A stretch of DNA of 64,000 nt from Candidatus Multivorans sp. (GTDB lineage: Bacteria; Acidobacteriota; Thermoanaerobaculia; Multivoradales; Multivoraceae): the NCBI GenBank assembly GCA_965247095.1, contig OZ251997.1, positions 2,528,001 to 2,592,000 on the forward strand, in the 5' to 3' direction. Both the position numbers and the translations under genes were made by a program. This document shows positions 49,634 through 61,081 of this stretch, in pieces. The notes beneath the pieces were generated by a model. That model did no database searches. It saw only the letters and a program-made list of their open reading frames with translations, and was not told the origin of the DNA. Numbering within the stretch: position 1 is the stretch's first letter; every line of letters starts with the position of its first letter.

Positions 49634-50536
49634 ATGGCTAGCCTGATCGATCTTCGCCGCCGCATCCGGTCGGTGAAGAACACGCAACAGATCACGAAGG
49701 CGATGAAGATGGTCGCCGCGGCCAAGCTGCGCCGCGCGCAGGACCAGATCCTCGCCACGCGCCCCTACGCACTCGAGTTGCGCAAGGTGACGGAGCATTT
49801 GGCTGCGGTGTCGGCCGGCGAGGTCGAGCATCCCTTGCTGACGCCGGCGGGCGGTGCTGCGGGCGGCGAGGCCGGCGCCGGCAAGACCCTGGTCCTGGTG
49901 GTCACCGGCGACAAGGGTCTGTGCGGCGCCTTCAACGCCCACGTCACCCGGCGGGCCGAGCAGGAGCTAGCAGAGCTGAACGGTGGCGGCGAAGTGCTGG
50001 CCCTGGGCAACCGGGGCGCCGACTTCTTCAAACATCGGGGCGCCTCGATGCGCGGCGCCCGCCGCGGTCTCTTCCGCGACCTGAACTACGGCACTGCCCA
50101 GGAACTCGCGGCGGAGGTCTCGAAGGCCTTCTCCGACGGCGAGTACGACGTGGTCTACGCGGTCTACAACGAGTTCATCTCCGTGCTGAGGCAGAGGGTG
50201 AGCTGGGAGCGCCTGCTGCCGATTGCGCGCGAGGACGTGGTCGGCGAAGAGGGCGGCAGTTCGGAGGGCGACCACCGGGACTACCTGTACGAGCCGTCCG
50301 AGGCCGAGATCCTGAACGATCTGCTGCCGCGCTTCGTCACCTTCCAGATCTACCGCGTGCTCCTTGAGTCCCAGGCCGCCGAGCACGCGGCCCGGATGAC
50401 GGCGATGGACAGCGCGACGAAGAACGCCGGCGAACTGATCGACAAGCTGACCCTGAAATACAACCGATCGCGTCAGGCGGAGATCACCACCGAGTTGATC
50501 GAGGTGGTCTCCGGCGCGAACGCGCTCGAGGGATAG
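49634..50536 (+). CDS. atpG: ATP synthase gamma subunit
   Basis: QITKAMKMVAAAK, GLCGAFN, ARMTAM, RQAEITTEL. Confidence 0.97.
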   Translation: MASLIDLRRRIRSVKNTQQITKAMKMVAAAKLRRAQDQILATRPYALELRKVTEHLAAVSAGEVEHPLLTPAGGAAGGEAGAGKTLVLVVTGDKGLCGAFNAHVTRRAEQELAELNGGGEVLALGNRGADFFKHRGASMRGARRGLFRDLNYGTAQELAAEVSKAFSDGEYDVVYAVYNEFISVLRQRVSWERLLPIAREDVVGEEGGSSEGDHRDYLYEPSEAEILNDLLPRFVTFQIYRVLLESQAAEHAARMTAMDSATKNAGELIDKLTLKYNRSRQAEITTELIEVVSGANALEG

Positions 50537-50564
50537 AGACAACGGAGAGGCACAACGCATCCAA

Positions 50565-52240
<1,676 letters not shown>

Positions 52241-52255
52241 CGGGAGCGAACGGAC

Positions 52256-52669
52256 GTGGCGGGCTTGAACCTCATCCTTGTGACCCATGCCGAGAAGCTG
52301 CTCGAAGTCGAGTGCAGCGACGTCGGCCTGCCGGGTCGCCTCGGCGACCTCGGCATTCTGCCCGGGCACACGGCGCTGATCAGCACCCTGCGCCCCGGCG
52401 AACTCAGCTACCAGCCGGCAGCCGGCGGTCCACGCCGCTACGTCGCCACGGCGCCGGGCTTCTGCGAAGTCAGCGACGACACGGTGACCGTGCTGGCCGA
52501 GACCGCCGAGGCCGCCGAGGACATCGACAGCGCGGCCGCAGCCGGCGACCGCGACCGGCTGGCCGCGGAGTACGACCGCGCCAACTTCGAGGACCAGGGT
52601 GCCCTGAAGGACCGCTTGGACGCGGCCCAGGCCCGGGTCGATGTCGCGGCCCGCGCCTCGGGCCGGTAG
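52256..52669 (+). CDS. atpC: ATP synthase epsilon subunit
   Basis: GDLGILPGH, GFCEV, VTVLAETAE. Confidence 0.93.
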   Translation: MAGLNLILVTHAEKLLEVECSDVGLPGRLGDLGILPGHTALISTLRPGELSYQPAAGGPRRYVATAPGFCEVSDDTVTVLAETAEAAEDIDSAAAAGDRDRLAAEYDRANFEDQGALKDRLDAAQARVDVAARASGR

Positions 52670-52694
52670 AGCGCGAAGCCGTCAGCTCCGGCCC

Positions 52695-52806
52695 CGGGGA
52701 ACCCGGGTGGCGCGATCCGCGCCACCCGTGAACCAGTCCGTGCGCCCGTCATCGGGCGCGCGGATGGCACGCGGGCGTCTCGCCCGCATCCGGCGCGAAG
52801 CGCCGG
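52695..52806 (+). repeat. Composite multi-hairpin REP-like element, copy 3
   Basis: Homologous to 12098 and 50565. Confidence 0.9.
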
Positions 52807-52888
52807 TCCGGTTGGTCCCGCCACTCACCTGAGAACCGGACCCCCGCCCGCCCAGCCGCCGCGGCCCGCTGCTACACTCCTCCGCTCG

Positions 52889-52980
<92 letters not shown>

Positions 52981-53253
52981 GATGAGCCGTAGAAGTGTAG
53001 ACAGGTCAGTGGTTTGTGGGAGTCGGGGATCGTGGGATCCCACTTCGTGTCCCACGACCAGGCCCGTATAGGCGCCGATTCCCCAACGTCGGAGCCGTTG
53101 CCACCGCTGGCCTCACTCCACACAGCGCGTGTCGCGTTCCACTGGTTCTTCAAGTTCACCGAGCTTGAGCGCCCCGAGCTGTCCTGGCTGCCGAACGAAG
53201 CGGACCAGGACGAGGATGCAAGCGGCGGAAGCGGCCCCACCGCTGCCGCGCGC

Positions 53254-56200
53254 TCACGGCGCCCCACCGCCGCCGGTCGTGTCGGCGTCGGCGCCGTTGT
53301 CGAGGCGCACGAAGCGGACCGCGTCGGCGGCCACTACGTTGCCGGTCGTGTCGTCGCTCAGTTCGATTTCCACCGTTCCCTGGGCGAGATCGAAGTCTCC
53401 CAGCACCGCCCAGCCGATGCCGGCCCCCTCGGCGTCGAAGTCGATCGGTCGCGAGCTGCCGGCACTGCGCAGTTCGAGATCGTAGCTGCCCAGGTTCAGG
53501 CCGAAGCTCACGTTGACCTGGGCGCCGCTGGCGTCGTCGCGAGGCGGACCGTCGCCGCCGCCCGGGACGGGCGATAGGGAAGGTACGTGGATCTCGACCC
53601 GCCAGCGGCCGGCCGCGGGCAGTTCCGCCGCGTAGATGACACGGCGGCTTCCGTCACCCTTGGGGGCGAGCGCGGTGGTTCGGCGGTAGCGTCCCCAGCT
53701 CAACGGTTGTTCGTACCGTGACCAGGTGCTTGGAATGCCGGAGAAGAAGTTGTAGACGGGCAGCCCCTGGTCGGTCTCTCCGGCTGGCGAGAAGAACCCG
53801 GCGGGACCGCCCTGGAGCCGGATGCCGGAGGCCTCTGTTTCGTCCTTCACGACCGAGAAGCCGGGATCCAGGTCGTCGACGACGATCGTGTACGCGCCGG
53901 CGTCGAGGAAGGCCGGCAGCCAGTCCGCGGGCCGTGTGCCGCGTAGCGGTTCGGCGTCCGACATTGTCTCGTCGTCGACGCGTGGCAGCTCGACGGGGAA
54001 CTCGCGCCGGTTCAGGGACAGGTACGGTGATGCGCGCATCGTTCCGGGTGGCCGGGAGGTGACGAGGCCGAACTCGACGGTGGTATTGCCGGAGATCAGG
54101 ACCGGCTCGCTTGAATCCCAGCGCACGCCGCCCGGGCCCCGCACGGCATAGCGGAGCCGGAAGAGGCCGGGCGCCGCTTCGCCGTTGCGGACAAACAACC
54201 GGGTCTGGTACTGCGGCGTTCCCTGGTCATCGTCCGGCAGGCGCTCGAGTTCGGCGGGAGAGACGATGAAACCCGGCAGATCGGTCTGGTGCAGGAAGTC
54301 GCCCACCAGGCCGGCCAGATCCACGCCCGCCTCCTGGGCGGCGCGGTCGAGATCGGCCGCGGTGAAGGTCGCCCCCCGATGGTCGCGGAGGAGGTTGGCG
54401 ATCATGGCGGCGGCTCGCTCCCGGCCGGCGCCGTCGAGAATGGCGGTGGCCAGGGCGGAGGTCTTCAGGTAGAGCGCGTTCACGGCTCGCTTTGGATCCT
54501 CCTCGACGTCCATGTCGGTAAGGGAGCTGCCTAGCACCGCGTCCCACACGTCGGGCCGGTCCGTGATGCTCCTGACGATGCCGCTGGCCATCGAGCCGCC
54601 GCCGCTCGCGAACTGGCCCGAGAAGAGCGCGTTATCCAGGGTTTCCCAGATGAAGCCGTTCGACATCAGGCGGGCAATCGTCGAGCCGAACTCGCGGTCG
54701 AACAGATGGGCGGAGAAGTACGTCTCGCCGCCATTCACCAGCCGGTTGACGAGGTTGTGGCAGAGCGCTTCGATCGCCAGAGCCTCCGGGCCGCGGGCGC
54801 CGGTCTGGTAGAGGAACAGATTGCGGATGCCGCCCGCCTCCACGTTGCCGCCGGAGTAGTCGTTGCGGAAGAACTGCTGGAGACCGTATGCCTTGGCCCG
54901 CGCGAGACCGCCTTCCTGGTCCTCGTACCGTTGCGGGTTGCGGAACCGGAACTCGAAGCGGGAGGTCGGCAGACTGCCTTCGCTGACGAGCAGCATGCCG
55001 GGCGGCGCCCGCTCGGTGTCCATCCGCCAGCCGCCGCCGTAGGCGCGCAGCGTCCACGGGACTTCGACGAGGGTTAGTTGCCGATAGGGATACGGCATGC
55101 CCAGTTCGCGGGCAGTGGTGAAGCGCTCGGCGGCAACCGTCTCGATCTCCTCCCGGGCGTCGGCGAAGAAGTCCAGGTTCCGCAAGTGGTCGGGGTGGAA
55201 CAGGACTTCGACCTCGATGCCCTCGACTTCGGTCGTCCGGCGGTCGAATCTGCCGGCGACCAGCACGACTTCGGGCACCGGACCGGAGGGCGCGAAGCGC
55301 TGCCCGTCGCCGGTCGGCTCCGCCTTCCCCGGCCCCGCGACCGTCCAGCCGGAGGGCGTTCGCACGTTCAGGTCGAGTTCGAAGAAGTCGCGGGGACGCT
55401 GCCGCGGGTCTTCGGCGCCGACCGATGCCCCGGGGCGGGGAAGCCACGCGATAGAGGAGGGGAGGGCGACGTAGTTGCGTTCGACGAAGCCGTTCAGGTT
55501 GCCCAGAATGACGATCTGGGCGTCCTGCCACTCGACGGTGTTGAAGTCGATTGCCGAGTCGAGGTAGGCGAAGCGGAGATCGGGCCGGCCGTGGGCGCGC
55601 ACCCGAACACCGGTGGCCTGACCGGACGGCGGCGTCGACCCGAGGTCGATGTCGAGCAGACCGTTGTCATGGCTGAAGGGAAGCGCCGCGCCGCTCGCGT
55701 CCCAGACGCCGTCCACTTCGAGGCCCGGATTCAGGCTGAACGTAGCCGCGGAGCCTCCTCCGGCCAGGAACTGCACTTCGAGGTCGAGGGTCGTACGCCC
55801 GCCATGCTCGAGGTCGACCGTGCCGCGGATCGCCTGAAGATCGACCACGGGATCCTCTCGACGCTGTTCGTGGGCGGCACGCCACGCGTCCCGTTCGGCG
55901 AGCTGGTTCGTGCTCCACGTGATCGTCGCGACGATGAGCGCGGCTCCGGCCAGCAGCCCAGCGCCGCCGGCGAGGCCCCACACCTGTCGTTTCGCGTCGT
56001 CTAGACGAGGATGAACGGCTACGGCAGTCGCCAGCAGACCCGCAGCGAGCAGGGCGAAGCTGCCCCGGTTCATCAGAGTGATAGCGGTCCAGATCTGGGG
56101 CGCCACGTCCGAGATGCGGCTGACGAAGCCGCCGTTGAGAGCCACCGACGGCAGGATGTGGACCGGCACCCGGAAGCTCAGGAACGTGCTTCCGGCCGCC

Positions 56201-56784
56201 AGGCCGATTCCCGCCAGGGCGGCGATCAGACGGTTGTTGGTGACCAGGGAGACGACCTGGACGAAGGCGATGTAGACGGCGAGGGCGGGCAGCGCCTCGA
56301 GCAGGAGGTAGGCCCACACGGAACCCCAGACCGCCGGTTCGCCGAAGTACCAGCCGAAGGTGATCCCCGCGTGTCCGATCGACTGGATGATGACCATGGC
56401 GACGATCGCAACGCCCCAGACCATGAACAGGGCGCCGAGGAAGCGTCCCAGCACGAGTTCGGCGTTCGAGTAGGGACGGCTGTCGAGCACTTCGATCACG
56501 CGGTCGCGGCGGTCGCGGGCGCGCAGGTCGAAGGCGAGGAAGACGACGCCCAGGCCGAGGATCATCGTCTGCCACAGGGCCGTTTGGCTGAGGAGGAACT
56601 TGGGGCTCATTGCGCCCAGGGTTGCCGACAAGCCGGAGAACAGGCCGTGGATGACCCAGAAGTAGCCGTACTGCAACAGGCACAGGACGAGGGCCACGGG
56701 GGCGAACAGCCAGAAGCGGAACAACCTGCGGATCGTCCGCATCTCGGCCCGGGCGAGCGACCAGACGTTGGAAAGTGAGATCAC
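53254..56784 (-). CDS. Large ABC-2-type permease fused to an M1-aminopeptidase-like extracellular region and a C-terminal golvesin/CBM-like domain
   Basis: N-terminal membrane helices ([15 protein letters not shown]), [20 protein letters not shown]...VAADAVRF; no HExxH seen. Confidence 0.65.
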   Translation of the reverse strand: MISLSNVWSLARAEMRTIRRLFRFWLFAPVALVLCLLQYGYFWVIHGLFSGLSATLGAMSPKFLLSQTALWQTMILGLGVVFLAFDLRARDRRDRVIEVLDSRPYSNAELVLGRFLGALFMVWGVAIVAMVIIQSIGHAGITFGWYFGEPAVWGSVWAYLLLEALPALAVYIAFVQVVSLVTNNRLIAALAGIGLAAGSTFLSFRVPVHILPSVALNGGFVSRISDVAPQIWTAITLMNRGSFALLAAGLLATAVAVHPRLDDAKRQVWGLAGGAGLLAGAALIVATITWSTNQLAERDAWRAAHEQRREDPVVDLQAIRGTVDLEHGGRTTLDLEVQFLAGGGSAATFSLNPGLEVDGVWDASGAALPFSHDNGLLDIDLGSTPPSGQATGVRVRAHGRPDLRFAYLDSAIDFNTVEWQDAQIVILGNLNGFVERNYVALPSSIAWLPRPGASVGAEDPRQRPRDFFELDLNVRTPSGWTVAGPGKAEPTGDGQRFAPSGPVPEVVLVAGRFDRRTTEVEGIEVEVLFHPDHLRNLDFFADAREEIETVAAERFTTARELGMPYPYRQLTLVEVPWTLRAYGGGWRMDTERAPPGMLLVSEGSLPTSRFEFRFRNPQRYEDQEGGLARAKAYGLQQFFRNDYSGGNVEAGGIRNLFLYQTGARGPEALAIEALCHNLVNRLVNGGETYFSAHLFDREFGSTIARLMSNGFIWETLDNALFSGQFASGGGSMASGIVRSITDRPDVWDAVLGSSLTDMDVEEDPKRAVNALYLKTSALATAILDGAGRERAAAMIANLLRDHRGATFTAADLDRAAQEAGVDLAGLVGDFLHQTDLPGFIVSPAELERLPDDDQGTPQYQTRLFVRNGEAAPGLFRLRYAVRGPGGVRWDSSEPVLISGNTTVEFGLVTSRPPGTMRASPYLSLNRREFPVELPRVDDETMSDAEPLRGTRPADWLPAFLDAGAYTIVVDDLDPGFSVVKDETEASGIRLQGGPAGFFSPAGETDQGLPVYNFFSGIPSTWSRYEQPLSWGRYRRTTALAPKGDGSRRVIYAAELPAAGRWRVEIHVPSLSPVPGGGDGPPRDDASGAQVNVSFGLNLGSYDLELRSAGSSRPIDFDAEGAGIGWAVLGDFDLAQGTVEIELSDDTTGNVVAADAVRFVRLDNGADADTTGGGGAP

Positions 56785-57125
56785 GGGTGAGCCTCCTCTC
56801 CTGCACCCTCCGCGCCCAGGGCCGCGCCAGCGACCTCGGCCTCGTCGTGCTGCCCGAAGTGCTCGTCGCTCACGAAGGCCTCGGCGCGGCCGCGCGCGAC
56901 CATGAAGGCGAGGTAGCCCTCCTCCAGTGTCGGCGAGGCGGTCACGGTGCCGGCGGACGGCTTGAGCAGGGTGCAGACGATCCGCATCAGCGTGCTCTTG
57001 CCGGCCCCGTTGGGGCCCAACAGACCGAACAGACCGGCCCCGATTTCCAGATCGACGCCGTCCAGGGCCACCGTGCCGCCCTTGTAGACGTGGCGCAGGC
57101 CGCGTGCGGCCACTGTCGTGCTCAA
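56781..57125 (-). pseudogene. ABC transporter ATP-binding protein, internally deleted in frame
   Basis: Walker [10 protein letters not shown] joined directly to the C-terminal PTLEEGYL; no LSGG signature or Walker B. Confidence 0.85.
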
Positions 57126-57682
57126 CTTGCGTCCTCCCCGAAACCTCTATAGGGATGCGAGCCGCCCTTCGTTACGGTTCAACACCGCAAAGCGCCCGCG
57201 GCATTCCGCGCGACGCCCTGCGGGCAGCGAGGGTTGGAGTCGGTCTTGCCTGGGGCCCGGGCGAAGCCCACAGCACCGGCGCGCGTAGAAGTCGGTGTAG
57301 TGCGCCGGCGTCCGGCACGGCTGCGCCGTCGACAACTTCTCTGGACGGTTCGGTCCTGAACGCCCCCGCGGTCGATCCGGGACGCGGCGGTCGCTCAGGA
57401 CCTCGCGAAGAGGTGTAGTCGGTCGATCTCGGACGGGTCAGCGTCGAAACCCTCCCTGCCGACCTGGAGGGAATCGGAACCTGGTTCGGGCCTCGGAGGG
57501 GACTCCCTCTCCGCCAGCCAGTAATCCGCAAGTGTGTGAAGCGTCGCGACTTGTGACGAGCTAGCTCGGTCGAATCCCTCGCTGGTTCCCACACTCTGTC
57601 TGGGAACGGGCAACGCTGGCCGGTCGGTCCCGTGTCGGGAACTTGGGATCGTTGGCAACCGTATAGAGGTCGAGAGCTGCTT

Positions 57683-58791
57683 ATGGTCATGCCATCGCTG
57701 TCGGTCTTCAGCATTGTCGGCTTCGGCACCCTGCTGGCTGCATGCGGAGGGCCGGATCCACCCTCTTCTGTCACTTCCGCGGTCCTTCGGGACACGGCCT
57801 TCGTGGGTGTGAACGTCTTGTCCATGGCGGAAGACGAAGTTGCAGCAGTTCCCGATCAGACGGTACTGGTGTCCGGCGGTGTAATCGCCCGCGTCGGGAA
57901 CCGGGACCAAGTCAGCGTGCCCGAGACCTTCACCGTAGTCGAAGGAGCAGGTAAGTACTTCATGCCCGGTCTCGCCGACATGCACGTGCATCTCGAGTAC
58001 TTCGATGATCCGCGGGTGCTCGATCTGTTCCTGGCGAATGGAGTCACGACCGTTCGGAACATGGACGGCCGCCCCTACATCCTCGAGTAGCGGGACCGAA
58101 TCGCGCGCCGTGAGTGGCCCGGGCCTAGGATCCACACCGCCGGCCCGATTCTGGACGGCGACCCGCCCCTCCGCGGCGACAATCTGGCCATAGAGTCTGC
58201 CGGCGAGGCGCGCCGAGCAGTACGCGACCAGAAAGCGGCAGGTTACGGCAAGCCGACAGGGCCATTGCGCCGAGCGCAACGATCGACGCGTGGCTTGCAG
58301 AGCCTGAGTTTGCCTATATCGCTGCTAGACGCCGCCGTATCTGGCAGTCGTTGGTAGCGCGTTCACTTGAGCGGATGGATGGTGAAGACTGGGCGCTCGT
58401 CGAGGCGGGTCGCTCGAACCGTTTAGGGCTCGTGAACTCGCTCCACGACGCGGGGGCGGCGCTGCTCCTCGGCACCGACACGCCGAATCCGTTCGTGGTG
58501 CCCGGCTTTTCGGTACACGACGAGTTGGCGAACCTCGAGGCGGCGGGGATCGACCGTGGGCGGATCCTGGCGCTGGCTACTCGAGAGGCTGCGGTCTTTC
58601 TGGAAACCGACAGCGAAGTCGGCACGGTCGAGGTCGGCAAGGTTGCGGATCTGATTCTCCTCGACGACCGTCCGCTCGAGTCTCTTGATGTCCTCCGAAG
58701 GCCCGCGGGCGTGATGGTTGGCGGTGCCTGGCTGCCGTCGGAGACACTCGCCGATGCGTTGGACGCGATCCGATCGCGTGGTGGACTGTAG
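57683..58791 (+). pseudogene. Amidohydrolase-family lipoprotein; TAG at 58088-58090 plus a deletion/frameshift near 58250
   Basis: MPGLADMHVH, LANGVTTVRNM, GPRIHTAGP; C-part LLGTDTP, GKVADLILL. Confidence 0.85.
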
Positions 58792-58834
58792 GGCGGGGAT
58801 CGCGGCGCCGTATGAGTGTCGCCGCCTAGCCCGC

Positions 58835-59416
58835 CTACTCCCCCCGCTGCAGCACCGGATAGAACTGCGTGAACACATTGTCCGTCGTAGCATGCTCGGC
58901 ATGGCAGTCGTAGCACCGTTCCTTCGGGAACGCTGACGCCGACTCCCTCAACCCTCCGGACCGGTCGCGGAAGCTGAGGTAGGCCCAACCCTCCGGGTAC
59001 CGCTCGCGGTCCTTCACCGCTACTTCCATCCCGGCGAAGTCCTTCTCGAAGTACCCCGCCTGGTTGATCGACTCGCGGGAGCCGGGCCGGAACACGTCCA
59101 TGGGGAGCATGGTCTTCTCGGGGAACTCGCCGGTCTCCATGAAGTAGCGGTACGCCTGCGGCTGGATGTAGACGTTGGTGAAGGCGCCCGGACCTTCGCG
59201 CTCGCCGGCGCCCTCGTTGTAGCTCAGACCCAGCGACGCTCCGACGAACACCCAGGTGCGGTAGCCCTCCGGGCGGATCAGGTCGCCGTCCGCGGTGTAG
59301 GCCGGCTCGACCATGTCGTCGAGCGACGGCAAGGCGTCCGCCGCCGTCAACTGCACGGCCGCGGTGAGTGCGGCGATCAGCGCGATGATGGCTGTTCCGA
59401 TGATGATTTTTCGCAC
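58835..59416 (-). CDS. Cytochrome P460-family protein (likely the cytochrome c'-beta type)
   Basis: RPEGYRTWVFVG, FTNVYI, GWAY, C-terminal CYDCH, FTQFYPVL. Confidence 0.85.
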   Translation of the reverse strand: MRKIIIGTAIIALIAALTAAVQLTAADALPSLDDMVEPAYTADGDLIRPEGYRTWVFVGASLGLSYNEGAGEREGPGAFTNVYIQPQAYRYFMETGEFPEKTMLPMDVFRPGSRESINQAGYFEKDFAGMEVAVKDRERYPEGWAYLSFRDRSGGLRESASAFPKERCYDCHAEHATTDNVFTQFYPVLQRGE

Positions 59417-59596
59417 AGGTGAGCCTCCAGGGTTTTGGCGTGCCGGCATTCTAGACTTGGCTTCCAGATAACGAGAGGAGGCGGACGTGATCCGGAACGG
59501 AAGAAACACCGCGGCTTGCAGCTACTGCGCTCTCGCGGGCGTGCTACGCGCGCCAATGGTATATTCCAACGCTGTATACCTTCCCAGGAGGTGCGC

Positions 59597-59845
59597 ATGT
59601 CCAAGACTGCCAAGCTGTTCTGGTCCGGCCGCTCACAGGCGGTACGGCTGCCGAAGGAGTTCCGGATGGAGGGCGGCGAGGTCTTCATCCGCAAGCGCGG
59701 AACAACCGTCATCCTGGAACCCATCGCGTCGGACTGGGCGTGGCTCGACGAGATCGCGGGGAAGTTCTCGGACGACTTCTTCGCCGAAGGGAGATGCCAG
59801 CCTGAGATGCCGTCCCGGCCGGCGTTGGACGACATCTTCGACTGA
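59597..59845 (+). CDS. vapB: AbrB-type antitoxin
   Basis: TAKLFWSGRSQAVRLPKEFR. Confidence 0.92.
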   Translation: MSKTAKLFWSGRSQAVRLPKEFRMEGGEVFIRKRGTTVILEPIASDWAWLDEIAGKFSDDFFAEGRCQPEMPSRPALDDIFD

Positions 59846-60252
59846 TGCGTTTCCTGCTGGACACGAACATCTGCATCGCCTTGCTCAACGGCACGTCGCC
59901 AGCGGCCCGCGAACGGCTGGGTCGCTACGGTCCTGGGGAGGTCGGTGTACCCGCGCCGGCTGTGTACGAGTTGTACTACGGGGCCTTCAAGAGTCGCCGA
60001 GCCTGGCAGAACCTGGCTTTGCTCGACAGCGCCGGCTTCGAGGTTCTGCCCTTCGATGTGGAGGATGCCCGAGTTGCAGGGAAGGTGCGAAGCGACCTGG
60101 AGGCAGGCGGGCAGACCATTGGCCCGTACGACCTGTTGATAGCGGGCCAGGCGCTGGCGCGCGGACTTGTACTCGTGACCGCAAACCGGCGCGAGTTCGA
60201 CCGTGTCGGGGGTCTGACCTGCGAGGACTGGACCAAACCCGACCAGAACTGA
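59845..60252 (+). CDS. vapC: PIN-domain toxin
   Basis: FLLDTNICI, ELYYG, IGPYDLLIAGQA, VTANRREF. Confidence 0.93.
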   Translation: MRFLLDTNICIALLNGTSPAARERLGRYGPGEVGVPAPAVYELYYGAFKSRRAWQNLALLDSAGFEVLPFDVEDARVAGKVRSDLEAGGQTIGPYDLLIAGQALARGLVLVTANRREFDRVGGLTCEDWTKPDQN

Positions 60253-60373
60253 TCGAGGAAAACCTGAAGGACAGGGCGCCCCGCCGCTGAGCTCGCGGCA
60301 CAAAGCAAAGCGCCGGCACTCCGGCGGACAATCGCGGTCGTTCGCGCTAAGCTGCCCGGCTTGCCACTTCCGC

Positions 60374-60447
60374 TGGGAGGTCGTCCAACGGTAGGACATA
60401 CGGCTCTGGACCGTAGAATCGGGGTTCGAATCCCTGCCTCCCAGCCA
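60374..60447 (+). tRNA. tRNA-Gln (CTG)
   Basis: TGGGAGG...TACGG-CTCTGGA-CCGTA...GGTTCGAATCC...CCA. Confidence 0.95.
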
Positions 60448-60477
60448 CTCGGAGAACCTCCCGGACAGCGGGACCCG

Positions 60478-60580
60478 CGGTCGCCCCGTCCCCGAGCGCC
60501 GCGCGCCACTGGACCGAGTTGGCAGCGAAGGCGACCATCGCCGCCGTCGTCAGGAGGCTGACGTATCTGACCCGCGCCAC
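60478..60580 (-). pseudogene. 5' remnant of a DMT/EamA transporter gene
   Basis: LLTTAAMVAFAANSVQWRAALGDG resembles the first helix of a DMT family; it ends just before tRNA-Gln. Confidence 0.45.
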
Positions 60581-61080
60581 GGCGTCAGACGTGGCCACCA
60601 TCGACGCACGCGCAGGCAATAGGTCTCGTACGACCCTCCGAATCTTCGACGGAGTTGCGGCTCCTCATAGAACTGCACGAACAGGTGGAACGCGACCAGC
60701 AACACCCCTGCGTACGCGAACAGCCAGGCCTGGCCAAAGAGCAGCGCCTGCCCTGAAACGATGATCAGCACGCTGACGTACATCGGGTTTCGCACGAACC
60801 GATAGAGGCCGGACGCCACCAGCACTTCGGTCTGCTCCACCGGTGCCGGTGTGCCACGCCCCTCAAGGACGAAGCGGGCGAAGCAGTCCAGCAGGCAGGC
60901 CAGACCCGCCGCGGCCGCCACGACACCCACTACCCGCTCGCCGGGTAGCCCGAGCAGCGGTGGCTGCATCGTCCAACCGACCAGTACGAACGGGCCGACG
61001 CCGGCGACGACAGCGGGAGCGGCCAAGAAGAAGGCGAACGACCCTACGATCGCACGCGGACGTGTGCCCTTCTCAAACAC
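60550..61080 (-). CDS. Isoprenylcysteine carboxyl methyltransferase/PEMT-family membrane protein
   Basis: GRGTPAP, GLYRFVRNPMY, YEEP.L..RFG..Y..Y...VRRWWP. Confidence 0.85.
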   Translation of the reverse strand: MFEKGTRPRAIVGSFAFFLAAPAVVAGVGPFVLVGWTMQPPLLGLPGERVVGVVAAAAGLACLLDCFARFVLEGRGTPAPVEQTEVLVASGLYRFVRNPMYVSVLIIVSGQALLFGQAWLFAYAGVLLVAFHLFVQFYEEPQLRRRFGGSYETYCLRVRRWWPRLTPWRGSDTSAS

Positions 61081-61081
61081 G

